Positions 17,818 to 28,300 of a stretch of DNA of 61,949 nucleotides are shown one piece after another. The stretch comes from a virus (taxonomy: Duplodnaviria > Caudoviricetes). The stretch covers positions 1-61,949 of IMG/VR virus record IMGVR_UViG_3300036987_000305; one strand, written 5' to 3'. The notes under the pieces are model-generated. The model saw only the letters and a program-made list of their open reading frames with translations. It was not told the DNA's origin and searched no databases. Positions within the stretch are counted from its first letter, which is position 1, and each line of letters opens with the position of its first letter. The translations under genes and the position numbers were made by a program.

Positions 17818-18087
17818 CTACATTAACTCTGCTTCTCTTGCCTCGATTTCGTAGCTTATATCTCTGTACCCTTTCCAGATCCCCTGCCAGATGTATGAGA
17901 GGGTAAACTTCACCTTCCCATCCCTCGCCCATTGCCTTTGATGACACATTTCGTGCTTCCGCCAGCGATCCGTGACCATTGACTCCGGGCAGGTGTAGTA
18001 GGTAGTCTGCCCCAAAGTCACGGCCCAGTTGCCTTTGTAGCCGATGGGCCTGAAGAGTTTGGCTAGTTTTGAGTTATAATAATCCAT
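17818..18087 (-). CDS. Small HExxH (DUF4157-like) zincin protein
   Basis: AVTLG...RKHEMCHQRQW...Y...YEIEAR. Confidence 0.7.
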   Translation of the reverse strand: MDYYNSKLAKLFRPIGYKGNWAVTLGQTTYYTCPESMVTDRWRKHEMCHQRQWARDGKVKFTLSYIWQGIWKGYRDISYEIEAREAELM

Positions 18088-18182
18088 AGCCCTCCTAAGA
18101 TCGCGTACAAGTACCCGGAGAGGATCAGCGCGTTGATGATGCCTCTCGCGGTGTCGAGGTCGTCGGGTTCATGAGGGTACAT
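18063..18182 (-). CDS. Small membrane peptide (39 aa)
   Basis: AAGGAG RBS; MYPHEPDDLDTARGIINALILSGYLYAILGGLWIIITQN. Confidence 0.5.
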   Translation of the reverse strand: MYPHEPDDLDTARGIINALILSGYLYAILGGLWIIITQN

Positions 18183-18191
18183 AGTGCTCCT

Positions 18192-21100
18192 TTATCTTCG
18201 TTTTTCCAGATCTTCCACCCTGGCGGCCAGCTCCTGCACGGCCTTGATCAGCATAGGAATGAAAACGGAGGTCTTGACGGATTTCGTGACCGTACCGGTG
18301 GGCTGAACGATCATAGGCCTTTGATCTTCGGTTTCCGTGTACTCCTCCATCCTGGGGATTCGATGCATAACTGGCGCATAGACCGCTTCCACAGCAGACT
18401 CGATTTCGTTGCCTTCTTCGTCCAGGACGGCCTCTTTCGCCGGGGATACCATCTGCATCAACATCTCGCCGGATTCGCTGTAGAGCGGCACTTCATCGAA
18501 GATCGGAACCGTTTCATCCACCATTTCGATGATGGTTTTCCGGACGTGCCTTCCATCGATCTCAAGGATCTCTGTTTTCGGACTCTCGACTGTTTTGGTC
18601 TCGGTCTTCTGGCGTTTCTGGGTCTTGGGCACCCAATCAAGATCCAACACCCGCTCCATATCGGGCGTACTGGTAACCATGCCGGGGAATACGGTTTCAA
18701 GTTCCTGAGCGACGACACCGAGCTGCTTAAGGTCGGGCTTGCTCTTGAGGTTGAAATGGCGCACTTTGACCTTCAGCAGGTCGGAGAGTTTGGCGGTGGC
18801 GTCCTTGATGCCGCCCTTGAGCTTCTCGTCAGAGATGGTGCCGTATACGCCCGCAGAGTTGAGGATATCGCCATCTGTATCGACAGTGATAACGTTGGCC
18901 TCAGCAGAGTCACGTCCGACGAAGATCAAGGTGGAACCATCGGTTGTGGTGCCTTTAACTGTGAGCTGGCCTACTGCGGGAGTGCCGTCAAGGTCCGTCG
19001 TCCCGATGCCGACGTTGCCGTCGTTTAAAATAGTCAACCTTTCCGTCCCCCCAGCAGTTGTAGTATCCGCAGCTGTCCAAAAACCAATATGTGTTACAGC
19101 ATTTGAGTAGCCATTTCCACCTCCTATATAAAAATTAGTATATGCAGCATCATTATCTATCCAAAGAACCCCTATTGGTTTTGAAGCAGTAGCATAAGGT
19201 ATAGCATTTACAACAGCTATTTTACGAGTATTATCAGTTCTGGTTAATGCCAATATATCAGCCCCGAGTGTTAGAGCATTAGGACCAGCTGCAGGATTAT
19301 AATATCCACTTGCAACATCCAACTTCGCCCCCGGATTCGTCGTCCCGATGCCGACGTTGCCGTTGCTATTTATATACATTGCCCCTGTAGTTAGACCAGT
19401 TGTTTTAAAAATATATGCCGATGGATAAGCATCTCCACCAGAAAAATCAACTGTGTTTCCACCTGAATCGTAAATTCCCAAAGCACCACTATCATAGAGA
19501 AGTGTTCCTGACGTTCTAATATTTCCACTGACATCCAACTTCGCCCCCGGCCCCGTCGTCCCGATGCCGACGTTGCCATTCCCCAGCACCGTAATCAGAT
19601 CGGCCTCGTGATTACTCAACCTCAGCACCGTCTCCGCAGCAGCCAGATCCGTCCATCCGGTCCCGTCAACCTTGCCACCTCGCAGATGTACGGCCGCATG
19701 CGTATCGGTCGGATCAGCCGCACCAATCACACCAGTCAGCCGCAATGCACCATCCTGGGTCGCGTCCGTCAGGCCAACGACATCCAATCCCCCAACGGTC
19801 CCGGAGATGGCCGACAGCTTCCCAAACGTATCCGTCGAAGCAAGGGTCGTCATTCCGTGGGCGATGTCTGAATCAACAAGCGCGAGTTCCTTGGGGAAGG
19901 GTCGGGTGAAACTGTATCCGGTAGTGGGATAGGAGGCATCAAGCTGATTTGTGGTAGCATCGATCCATTTATTAGGTTGGATCCCTTCCGGTTCGAGCGC
20001 GAGGGTTGCGCCGATTTCGGTGATTGTAATAGCTCGTAAATAAAACAGATCATCAACTGCGCTATTTGCACCGACAAAGGTTCTTACCCCCGCTTTTGTT
20101 CCAACGATTGCTATAGACGTTGCTTGAATCGCGTTTGTAAATTCAACAGAAACAGTTGTCCACACATCTTCAGTAGTCCCCGCGATAAGGGCTGTTCCCG
20201 ATGCCGTTGACTGTCCCGGAGTATTAAACAGAATTCCATCTATGTTGGTATTGGCTGACGGAATATAATAACTAAACAACACCCTATATCGCTTTCCGTA
20301 GGCAAACACACCTGTTTTATTAAGGTAATGTGTGTCGTTCGCGCTACTCGCGTAAAAACTTAAATTGTTGTCCTGTCCGCCGATTGTATCGACATTCCCG
20401 GTTGCTGTACCCTGTGCACCTGTCCAACTATCCACCCCCGCACTAAAATCACTTGTATAAACCGCCGTCTGGCTCCCCCACTTATCACTCTCCGCTATCC
20501 CATTCCGGTACAGGTCCAGCACTTCGGCTGCGGTGAGGGCACGGTTGAAGGTGATGGCGTGGTGGGTGGTGCCTGCGTAACGAGTAGTACTGTAACCCAA
20601 TACTGCCAAAGTTCCAGTATTTGACAGATCAGCGGGGATCCCTGCTGTAATTGCGACCGTCTCAAGTAATACGCCATCGATATGAAACGAAACGGAACCA
20701 GCCGCAGAAGCTGTTTCTCGCGTAACAACAGCGGTTATTTCATGGGCAGTGTTATTAGTTAGTGATATTGCTGACGTTGTTTCTTTAGAAACCGATGTTC
20801 CACCAGTCTTTGCATGAAGGTAAATTAATTTAGCATCACTCGACAGGTATAATTGATAACGATTGTCATCGTCCTGCCGTTTTGCTAATAAAATTTGATT
20901 AGCACTCGGCGTCCAATCCGGCAGACTCCCCTTCCACACCAGGGTAAAGTTCCCCGTCCCAAAATCGATATTATCATTATCCGCTACCGTGATGCCGCTC
21001 GATCCAGATGCCGCTGCCGTCATGGCAACGCCCTGATTCGGTTCCCTTGCGAGGACGGCAGCCTCAGATTTGGCAAAGGCTGTGGTGGCTGCCTGAGTCG

Positions 21101-21842
21101 TGGCGGTATTATCCGCGATGGCGGTGGTAAGGGTGGCGGAAGCGACGGTGGGGTTAGCTGTGTATGCCGGGTCAACTCCAACGCCGCCGGAAGCAAGAAC
21201 TTGGCCCGTTGCTACATCTGCAAGGTAAGAGAGATCTCCATCCGCATCAGACTTCACGAGCGACCCAAGTGCAGCTCCAGTAGTGATTTTTGCTGTAGCT
21301 ACAGTAATAGATGTCAGCGATGGTGTTGCCGAATAAGCCGGATCAGCCCCCACTCCACCCGAGACAAGCACCTGACCAGTGGCCACATCAGCGAGAGGCG
21401 TCACCGCTCCAGTTCCACTCCCCAGCATGATCGCGCCGTCGGTAACCGTAGCCAGACCGGTACCGCCTTGAGTAACAAGCACCGGCAGCTCCGTAATCCC
21501 CAAGTCAACCGGCCCCCAGGCAGACCCGTCCCAAATGAACGACTGGGTCTCTCCGGGGGTGATCGTGAATCCGTTGACAACGATAGAGTGTGTCGATGTG
21601 TCGTTGTTAACGACGGTGAATACCTTCCCCGGGGTAGTGTCGGTCGGGTTCTGGATTGTCTGGGCATTTCCGGCGCCGGTTAGGGTTACGATGACGCCAG
21701 CGTAGAGGTTTACGTTAGAGGTAGTGACGGCCGCAAAAGTCGGCGTCCCTGCGGGGTCCGTGGATGTGGTCATCGAGTTAAAACCATCGTCTCCAGAATC
21801 GGGAATAAAGAGCGCGGGTGGTATACTGTCTTTAACGTACAT
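18192..21842 (-). CDS. Tail fibre with LamG-like/carbohydrate-binding domains, GNVGIGT repeats and a C-terminal S74 intramolecular chaperone
   Basis: QGGTG and GQVL-S-G repeats; LamG FNRALTAAEV; 3x GNVGIGTT; SDEKLK...LGVVAQELETVFP...LIKAVQEL. Confidence 0.88.
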   Translation of the reverse strand: MYVKDSIPPALFIPDSGDDGFNSMTTSTDPAGTPTFAAVTTSNVNLYAGVIVTLTGAGNAQTIQNPTDTTPGKVFTVVNNDTSTHSIVVNGFTITPGETQSFIWDGSAWGPVDLGITELPVLVTQGGTGLATVTDGAIMLGSGTGAVTPLADVATGQVLVSGGVGADPAYSATPSLTSITVATAKITTGAALGSLVKSDADGDLSYLADVATGQVLASGGVGVDPAYTANPTVASATLTTAIADNTATTQAATTAFAKSEAAVLAREPNQGVAMTAAASGSSGITVADNDNIDFGTGNFTLVWKGSLPDWTPSANQILLAKRQDDDNRYQLYLSSDAKLIYLHAKTGGTSVSKETTSAISLTNNTAHEITAVVTRETASAAGSVSFHIDGVLLETVAITAGIPADLSNTGTLAVLGYSTTRYAGTTHHAITFNRALTAAEVLDLYRNGIAESDKWGSQTAVYTSDFSAGVDSWTGAQGTATGNVDTIGGQDNNLSFYASSANDTHYLNKTGVFAYGKRYRVLFSYYIPSANTNIDGILFNTPGQSTASGTALIAGTTEDVWTTVSVEFTNAIQATSIAIVGTKAGVRTFVGANSAVDDLFYLRAITITEIGATLALEPEGIQPNKWIDATTNQLDASYPTTGYSFTRPFPKELALVDSDIAHGMTTLASTDTFGKLSAISGTVGGLDVVGLTDATQDGALRLTGVIGAADPTDTHAAVHLRGGKVDGTGWTDLAAAETVLRLSNHEADLITVLGNGNVGIGTTGPGAKLDVSGNIRTSGTLLYDSGALGIYDSGGNTVDFSGGDAYPSAYIFKTTGLTTGAMYINSNGNVGIGTTNPGAKLDVASGYYNPAAGPNALTLGADILALTRTDNTRKIAVVNAIPYATASKPIGVLWIDNDAAYTNFYIGGGNGYSNAVTHIGFWTAADTTTAGGTERLTILNDGNVGIGTTDLDGTPAVGQLTVKGTTTDGSTLIFVGRDSAEANVITVDTDGDILNSAGVYGTISDEKLKGGIKDATAKLSDLLKVKVRHFNLKSKPDLKQLGVVAQELETVFPGMVTSTPDMERVLDLDWVPKTQKRQKTETKTVESPKTEILEIDGRHVRKTIIEMVDETVPIFDEVPLYSESGEMLMQMVSPAKEAVLDEEGNEIESAVEAVYAPVMHRIPRMEEYTETEDQRPMIVQPTGTVTKSVKTSVFIPMLIKAVQELAARVEDLEKRR

Positions 21843-21879
21843 GGCATTCTCCTTTAATATGTGGTTTTAACTGCGGTGT

Positions 21880-22251
21880 TTAGGCCTCCATAACATTGGC
21901 GGTTATCGTAGCGTCGCCCCCGGTTGTGTTCGGGGTGATTGTCAGAACGACCTTATCGTCGTGCTGGGACAGGGCCAACGGGATCTTGTAGTTCCCCGCG
22001 GCGCTAAGGATATACGTCAGCGGGGACAGTACAGCGCCCGAGGCTTGAACGATGTTGTACTGGTCGGTTGCCGACAGCCGTTCATTGATCGTCTTGCAAA
22101 CGATCGTCACAGCGGACGTTGTGCCGGCAAAAGCAAGTTTGATGTAGAGGAAGATCCCATCCTTCCGGTTCTTGACGGTGCGCGTTAAGACGAAGTTGGG
22201 GTCGGTTTCTGTGATAGCGCCTGTCTGTGTAGTGCATGTCGAAGCGGCCAT
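21880..22251 (-). CDS. Small virion structural protein
   Basis: AAGGAGG RBS; T/A-rich beta-type composition; directly upstream of the fibre gene. Confidence 0.7.
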   Translation of the reverse strand: MAASTCTTQTGAITETDPNFVLTRTVKNRKDGIFLYIKLAFAGTTSAVTIVCKTINERLSATDQYNIVQASGAVLSPLTYILSAAGNYKIPLALSQHDDKVVLTITPNTTGGDATITANVMEA

Positions 22252-22278
22252 GGTTATTCCTCCTTAGATTTGGTAGTG

Positions 22279-22308
22279 AGTATACCATTGTATCAATCCT
22301 GATACAAT
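22279..22308 (-). promoter_or_regulatory. Promoter overlapped by a perfect palindrome
   Basis: Minus strand TTGTAT-17-TATACT with an extended-10 TG; attgtatca-atcc-tgatacaat 9-bp inverted repeat. Confidence 0.55.
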
Positions 22309-22309
22309 A

Positions 22310-25300
22310 TTATTTTTTGTCTTCCATCTCCTTTTTTTTCCGGATGACCGGCGGCGTTATCCACCGGTTTTTCTGTAGCTTTTCGTAAACGTTCTCGTAG
22401 TCCTTCGCCGGTAGCTCTTTTTCCCATAGGATTAAAAGCGCGGCTCGCTCCGCCGATGTTGCTGCCGACCGGAAGGAGTTAACATATACGTTACCCTCTT
22501 TTCGTGTTCCCAGGTCTCTATACCGGCCGTAGAATTCCTTCAACGATTGGTTGGTCTGTCCAGTTTCCACTGCTGTGAGCCAGAGCTCTCTCGCAGTTTC
22601 GAAGTCGGCACCTTCCCCCTTGTTGGTCGCATCGATCATTTTGTCTTTCAGATCGAGGGATTTATTCGCAGCGATCTTCCGCTCCTCATTGACGACGTCC
22701 TGGGCTCTCTCCCTGGTGCCGGTATCGGACACACGAAGCAATCGACCTATCGTGTTAAACGGGACGATGCCCAGGACGTCTTTAATTTCGTTGTTCATTT
22801 CCTCGACTTTTGTGCCCTGAAACTTATATACCAGCCCCCCGAACAGGCCGTTCCAAGTCTCTTTCGACAGGGATTCAAACGCTCGCATTCCGCCTGCCTT
22901 AGCGACCTCTTCGCTCATCGTGGGCGACCCGTAATACGTGTTCACGGGGATAACTCCGTTCGCGTAGTACCGGGTCCAATCGATGACCGAAGAGATCAGA
23001 GGGTGCAGGTTGTACGGCTGCGCCCCGGTCACTAAACCCAAGGCGCCCATAGAGCCCGTGAAGTCCCGGGTGATGGCCGCGTCGACAATGGCGCCGGTCA
23101 TCTGACCGGAATAACTTTGAGGGATCGTAATAAATACCCCCTTATCGCCCAGCATCCCAATGAGCACTTGGGCTTTTTTACCAAGGATCCATTCCAGTGC
23201 TGTCCCGATCCACGCGGTAGGGATAGGGATCGTCGTGTACATTCGCCGCAGGTATCTTCCCGCTTTCTTCGCTGTCTTCGCAATCTCCCCCTCCTCCCCG
23301 CCCCACCATCCAGCGACCATCGTTGCGAAGAGGATATGGGGCATCACATTCGCGATAAAGGTTTTCATCGCATACGTGGCGGGCTTGTTCTTGATCGCTA
23401 CAGAGGTGGAGACGAGGTCCTGCGTCGCGATATTCGCGAACGGGAAAATGATCTCCGTCCACTTTGTAATCAAACCGCCCGAGAGGCTGTTCGGCGTTCC
23501 GGCGCGTTCGATAATGGCCACTGTCTTCTCGTGTTTCCCGAGGCGAATTCCGGTTGCCTGCTCTTTCAGGGTGACCGCTTCTTCCGCGGCGTACTTTGCC
23601 CAGCGCTCCCCCGCCTTCCCGAGCTTCCCGACAAAGCGAAGGTACATCGGAATCAGGAGGAAGCGGTCGAGCTTCGTCCTCTCGAGGTAGTCGATCCCGC
23701 GTTTCATGATTCCGCCCACTGTGTTGGGGTATTGAGTAGGATCCGCCATTCTCCGCAGCATCTCTTCCTCCTGCTGGTGGTATGACGTATCACTATTCCA
23801 GAATCGTTCCGCGGTCAGTTTCTTTTCGCGAAGGAGGCGCAGCTCACGCTCAGTCGTAATGCCCCAGCCGGCTTTAATGGCGTCCGTAAAGGTCCGTTTG
23901 TACCCCTTCATCAGGTATCCGGATACCTCGGGCATCTTTTGCCAGGTTCCGAAGGAGTCCCGGATAGGATTCATCAGGGTCCAGCCGAGATTCCATTGGA
24001 TGAAGAGCCTGGCGATAAAGGCCTTCCCCGCCATGCCCAGCTTCAACAAACCGTGGGCGCGATCCGGATTGAATGCCCACATATCCGCGAGCTCTTTGTC
24101 GATGTAATACCCTTCGGTCTTCCCATTTGGGGTAACAACGATCAGCCCATAGTCCGCATCGGGTGAAGGCATGAAAACTCCGCCGGCGCCAGGTCGTGCC
24201 TTGATCACGTCCGGAAGCGTTCCGTTCTGTTTCATCTCCCGAAATTCTTCCATGGTCTCGGCGACGTTGCCCTCCGTGATCAGCCCCTCAAGGACGCCCA
24301 TCTTCGTTTTATGGTGCTCGGCGGCGCGAATGAGCGCCATGCCTTTCGCCAATGTGGCGCCGAATACGTTGGCCACATCCCCGAGCATTCCGTACTGCTT
24401 GTAGATGTGCGCAGTGGGTCCGGATCCGTATCCAGTCCCGTAGACTTTGTCGATCTCGTACTCCAGATTCACGAACGTTGCGTAATCGGGGTTGTTGAGC
24501 ATGTAATCAACTAACTTTTTAGGGAGGAAGTCCGCGTCAGCGACCACGTTCAGCACATGCTTCTCGTACAGCGCCCGGAATTTAAAGGCGTAGTCGGCGA
24601 GCCTGTTGAACTTGGCGTCGCCCATATCCTGGCGCATGCGCTCCAGGTGCGCCTTGGCCGCCGGGCCACTCTCGCCCCCGGGGTTGTTAATGTCGGCGCG
24701 TTCTGTAGCAGCACGGTTTTGCCCCATGTATTCATGCAGATCAACTATGGAGATCCCCTCCTTGTCGGCGGCTATAACAATCTCATCGTCAACCTGCTTA
24801 GAGAAAGCGCTGACGATCGAATTGATATACGGCAGTTCGGTGAACCAGTATTCGATCCTGTGCTCATCGCGTACTTTTCGCCCCTCCTTGGAGAGCCGGC
24901 GGGCGATGTCAAAAGCCTTCTGTTCTTTTCGGACAAACGTCCGCATGACTTCGTGCCACAATTTCGATCGGCCGAATTTCCGCTGCTCGGTAAGAAGATT
25001 CGTTTTTAGGTTTTGGATCTCGACATCCCGTTGGGCCATGCCCCGGTAGCGCTCCCTGCGCTTGGTCATGACCATGGCGGGGTCCTTTACCAGCTCTTGG
25101 AGACCATCGTAGACTTCCTTGAAAGTCGGTTTACGGTCCAGGTAGTTGAAGAACGCCTTGGTGAATGTCGGGGCAGTGGTCTCCATCAAGCGCGGATTAT
25201 TCAGCAGTACAGAGATTGCGTCCGCATAGAGCTCCTCGGAGGACCAGCGATACCGTGTATACTTTCTATCCAGGTCGGGGTTAAAGGGCTTCCAGCGCAT

Positions 25301-28300
25301 GGAGAGCTTCTTCAGCTCCGCGATGATCGTCTCCTTCTCGAAGAGTTGCCGCTTTTGGATCTCCTCTTTCAGAAGCTCGTTAAAGCGCTTCTTGATTTCG
25401 GCTTCCGTAGCGTACTTCCCGGGCATCCGGACTTCAACGGTTTCGGTAATGGTCTTCGTTCCGATCTGCCGGCCGACGCCGCCGAGGGCCTTCACGCGCT
25501 CGTCGACGATCCCCTTCATGGCCTGGAGGACAACGGCTTTCTTCGTTGCGGAATCAGCGAGCTGCATGAAGCGGAGAATAATTGCGGGGTCGTTGGTTCG
25601 GCCGCGCATGATGTCAAGAATCATCTCCGGGGTAATGGACGTCTGCTCATACTCCGGAACCTCTTTGATGATCTCCTGAACGATAACCCTGTCTGGAATT
25701 TCCTCGGCCTTCAGCTGGCGTTCGGCTTCTGCCCGCATACGCGCGCGATCGGCATCCGTGAGAATGACGTTCGGGGAATCCGGGTATTCCGCAAGAAGAG
25801 AGTTGTCGTACTTAGACGCTGAGGCCAAGCGACCAAGTATATTCCCCCGCTTCAGATCCTTGTTAGGCAGCCAATCGGCAAGGTGGCCAATCTCGTGGGC
25901 GAGCGTCTTCGCGACGTCTGCCTGGGACATGGAGGCAAGGACGCCAATCCGGCCTTTCGCGGGAAAGAATCTACCAACGGCGCCCTTGAGGAACTTCATG
26001 ACCTTCGGGGCTTTGCCGTCCGAAAGTTCTTTGACGAGCTGGACCAGTTCCGGAAGTTCGATAGCCGAACGAACCTGTTTCAGGTAGGCTTCCCGCTGGG
26101 TTTCTGTTGACGTAGTCTCCGCATACCCACCCATATCGGCGAAGTCCAGATCTGCGGAATCCGTGCCGGTATCGACGGTTGTGCTGGTAGGATCATTGCG
26201 CAGTAACGGCAAAGCCGCAGAGCCGGCGGCTTCCCGTGTCACCTTTACAGGTTCGAAGATTGCGACTGCCTGGTAGGGCGTAGAGACAAATCCGATGTAC
26301 CCGGCCGCCTGGATTTTCTTTTCGAACAGGAGATTCCGGGCTTTATCGCCGAGGAGTTTCGCTTTCTTCATCTCCGCGTCGGTCGGGTAGAGCTTTAACG
26401 GATCCTCCCAAGAATCATACAGATCGTTTCCGTTCACCTGCGCAGAGTACCGGTATGGCCCAACGTACGGTTCCGCGGTATATGTCCCGAATCCCCAGTA
26501 GGTTTTATCCAGCCAAAGTTTTGGGTGCATCTGCTTGGAGGCACGTTCAGCACCGGCTCCCTTCGTGCCATGCTTGGACGGATCCGTCGCCTTCATTTTT
26601 TCCTGGTTCGACCAGTGCGTAAGGGTGACGATCTTCCCGCGGAATTCTTTGGGGGCGCCCTGCCCCCGGGTCTCGGACACGGCGTCTTTTTTCGCGTCCT
26701 TTAACGCTTTCTCCGCGGCTTGGTATTTTCTCATCTCCTCTTTTACCTTCTTCAGGTACTCGGTAAATCTTCGAAGAATGTTCTGATCATCCTTGCTCTG
26801 GTCCCCGAAGACAGTTCGCGTGGAGCCTCCGGTTCTTGCTTGCTCAATTCCGAGAATATCAGATTGGCTAAATCTCCCTTGCCCGTCTCGGTGAGAGCGG
26901 GAGTTGAATTGCTTGACGGTGTCATAGAGTTTTCCTTTCTTCGCCGTTACTGCCCGGCGAGCGGATACGAGGTAGTCCTCGACGTTAGCAATATCCAGGT
27001 GGGATATGCTGTTCAAAGCTAGGGTAACAGGATCCTCCGCTGCAAAAAGATCAGCTGTGGAAGAGGTATCCACTTTCGGATCCAATGCGTCGTACAGCAC
27101 CCGCACGAAGGACCACATGGTCTCCTGAACCTCCGCGACTTTCAGACCCATACTATTCGCGACTTCTCGCGCTCTCGCGGCAAAGGCTATGTACATGGGG
27201 TTATCAAGTAGCTGCTTCACCGAAGTGTTGTAGTCCCGCAGTCCGGTGATGGGGTCGGCGGGATTCAGAAGCTCGAATGCCATATGCCGGGCCACCCACA
27301 TATCCGCGGTGGCCAGATCAAGAACGCCTCTGATATTCAGGGAGTAGTTCGGTTGCTTAAAGTTCCCCAACTTCCCCAAGTACTGCCCTGAGAATACGTC
27401 GATGATCTTCTTCCGAATAACGTCAGCCCGAATCCCCGCTTTGAATTTATCGTTGAAAATCTTTTCCAGTTTCGATACGTCACTCGGGCGTTTGGCTTTA
27501 TCCCATGCCATCCAGGCGCGAAGAGCAACTTCCAGATTCTCCCCGGGTTTCATCCCGACGGACGTCGCCGCTAAAAGCTGCGCGAATGTTGCGTGCTCGT
27601 AGGGCATCGTCTCGATCGGGAAGAGATGGTTGATGAAGCGCCGGCAGTTTTCATACCAACCAAGGCCTTCTTTCCCGGCTTTGGAAATGGCGGCCATCTC
27701 CGTAGGGTCGAAGAAGTTATAGAGCTCCAGAACTTTTCGAAGCCGCTGGAGCTTTGTCTCTTCGTTCGTTCCGAACACCGCTTTGATGTTGTGGTCAGTG
27801 AACCATGCCGGCCCGGCGAGTTTGGCGATCTTCTTCCAGGCGGATCGTTCTGCTGGAGAGAGGGCGGTTTCGGCCTGCTTCAAGGCAGGATGCGCAGTCT
27901 TTCCAGACTCCAGGGCGGCCATGATCCTTCGTTCCTCATCCACTGAGGAAACTGAGGACGATGGGACCTCGTGGAATTTGTACTCCTCGTCTTCTTGTTG
28001 TCCCGGGCGAAGATCCTTAATCGCTCGAGTTTCCTGGTAGACTTTTCCCTCAAATTCTCGGTGGATCGTCTCATCAGTATGGAAGGATTTCTTGCCCACG
28101 TTCTCATCAACATCGCCGGCTTCTGCTACCGCGATCTTACTCGCCAACTCCGACCCCTGGTAAATGGCCAAATTATAGACGTTCGCATGGGAGACGATGT
28201 CCGAGTTATCCCTCAGGAACTGGAGGGTGCGCTCATAGGTCTCCGATGTTTCTTCCTGGATCCCCACGATGATGTTCGGAATGAACTTGATTCCGGTATC

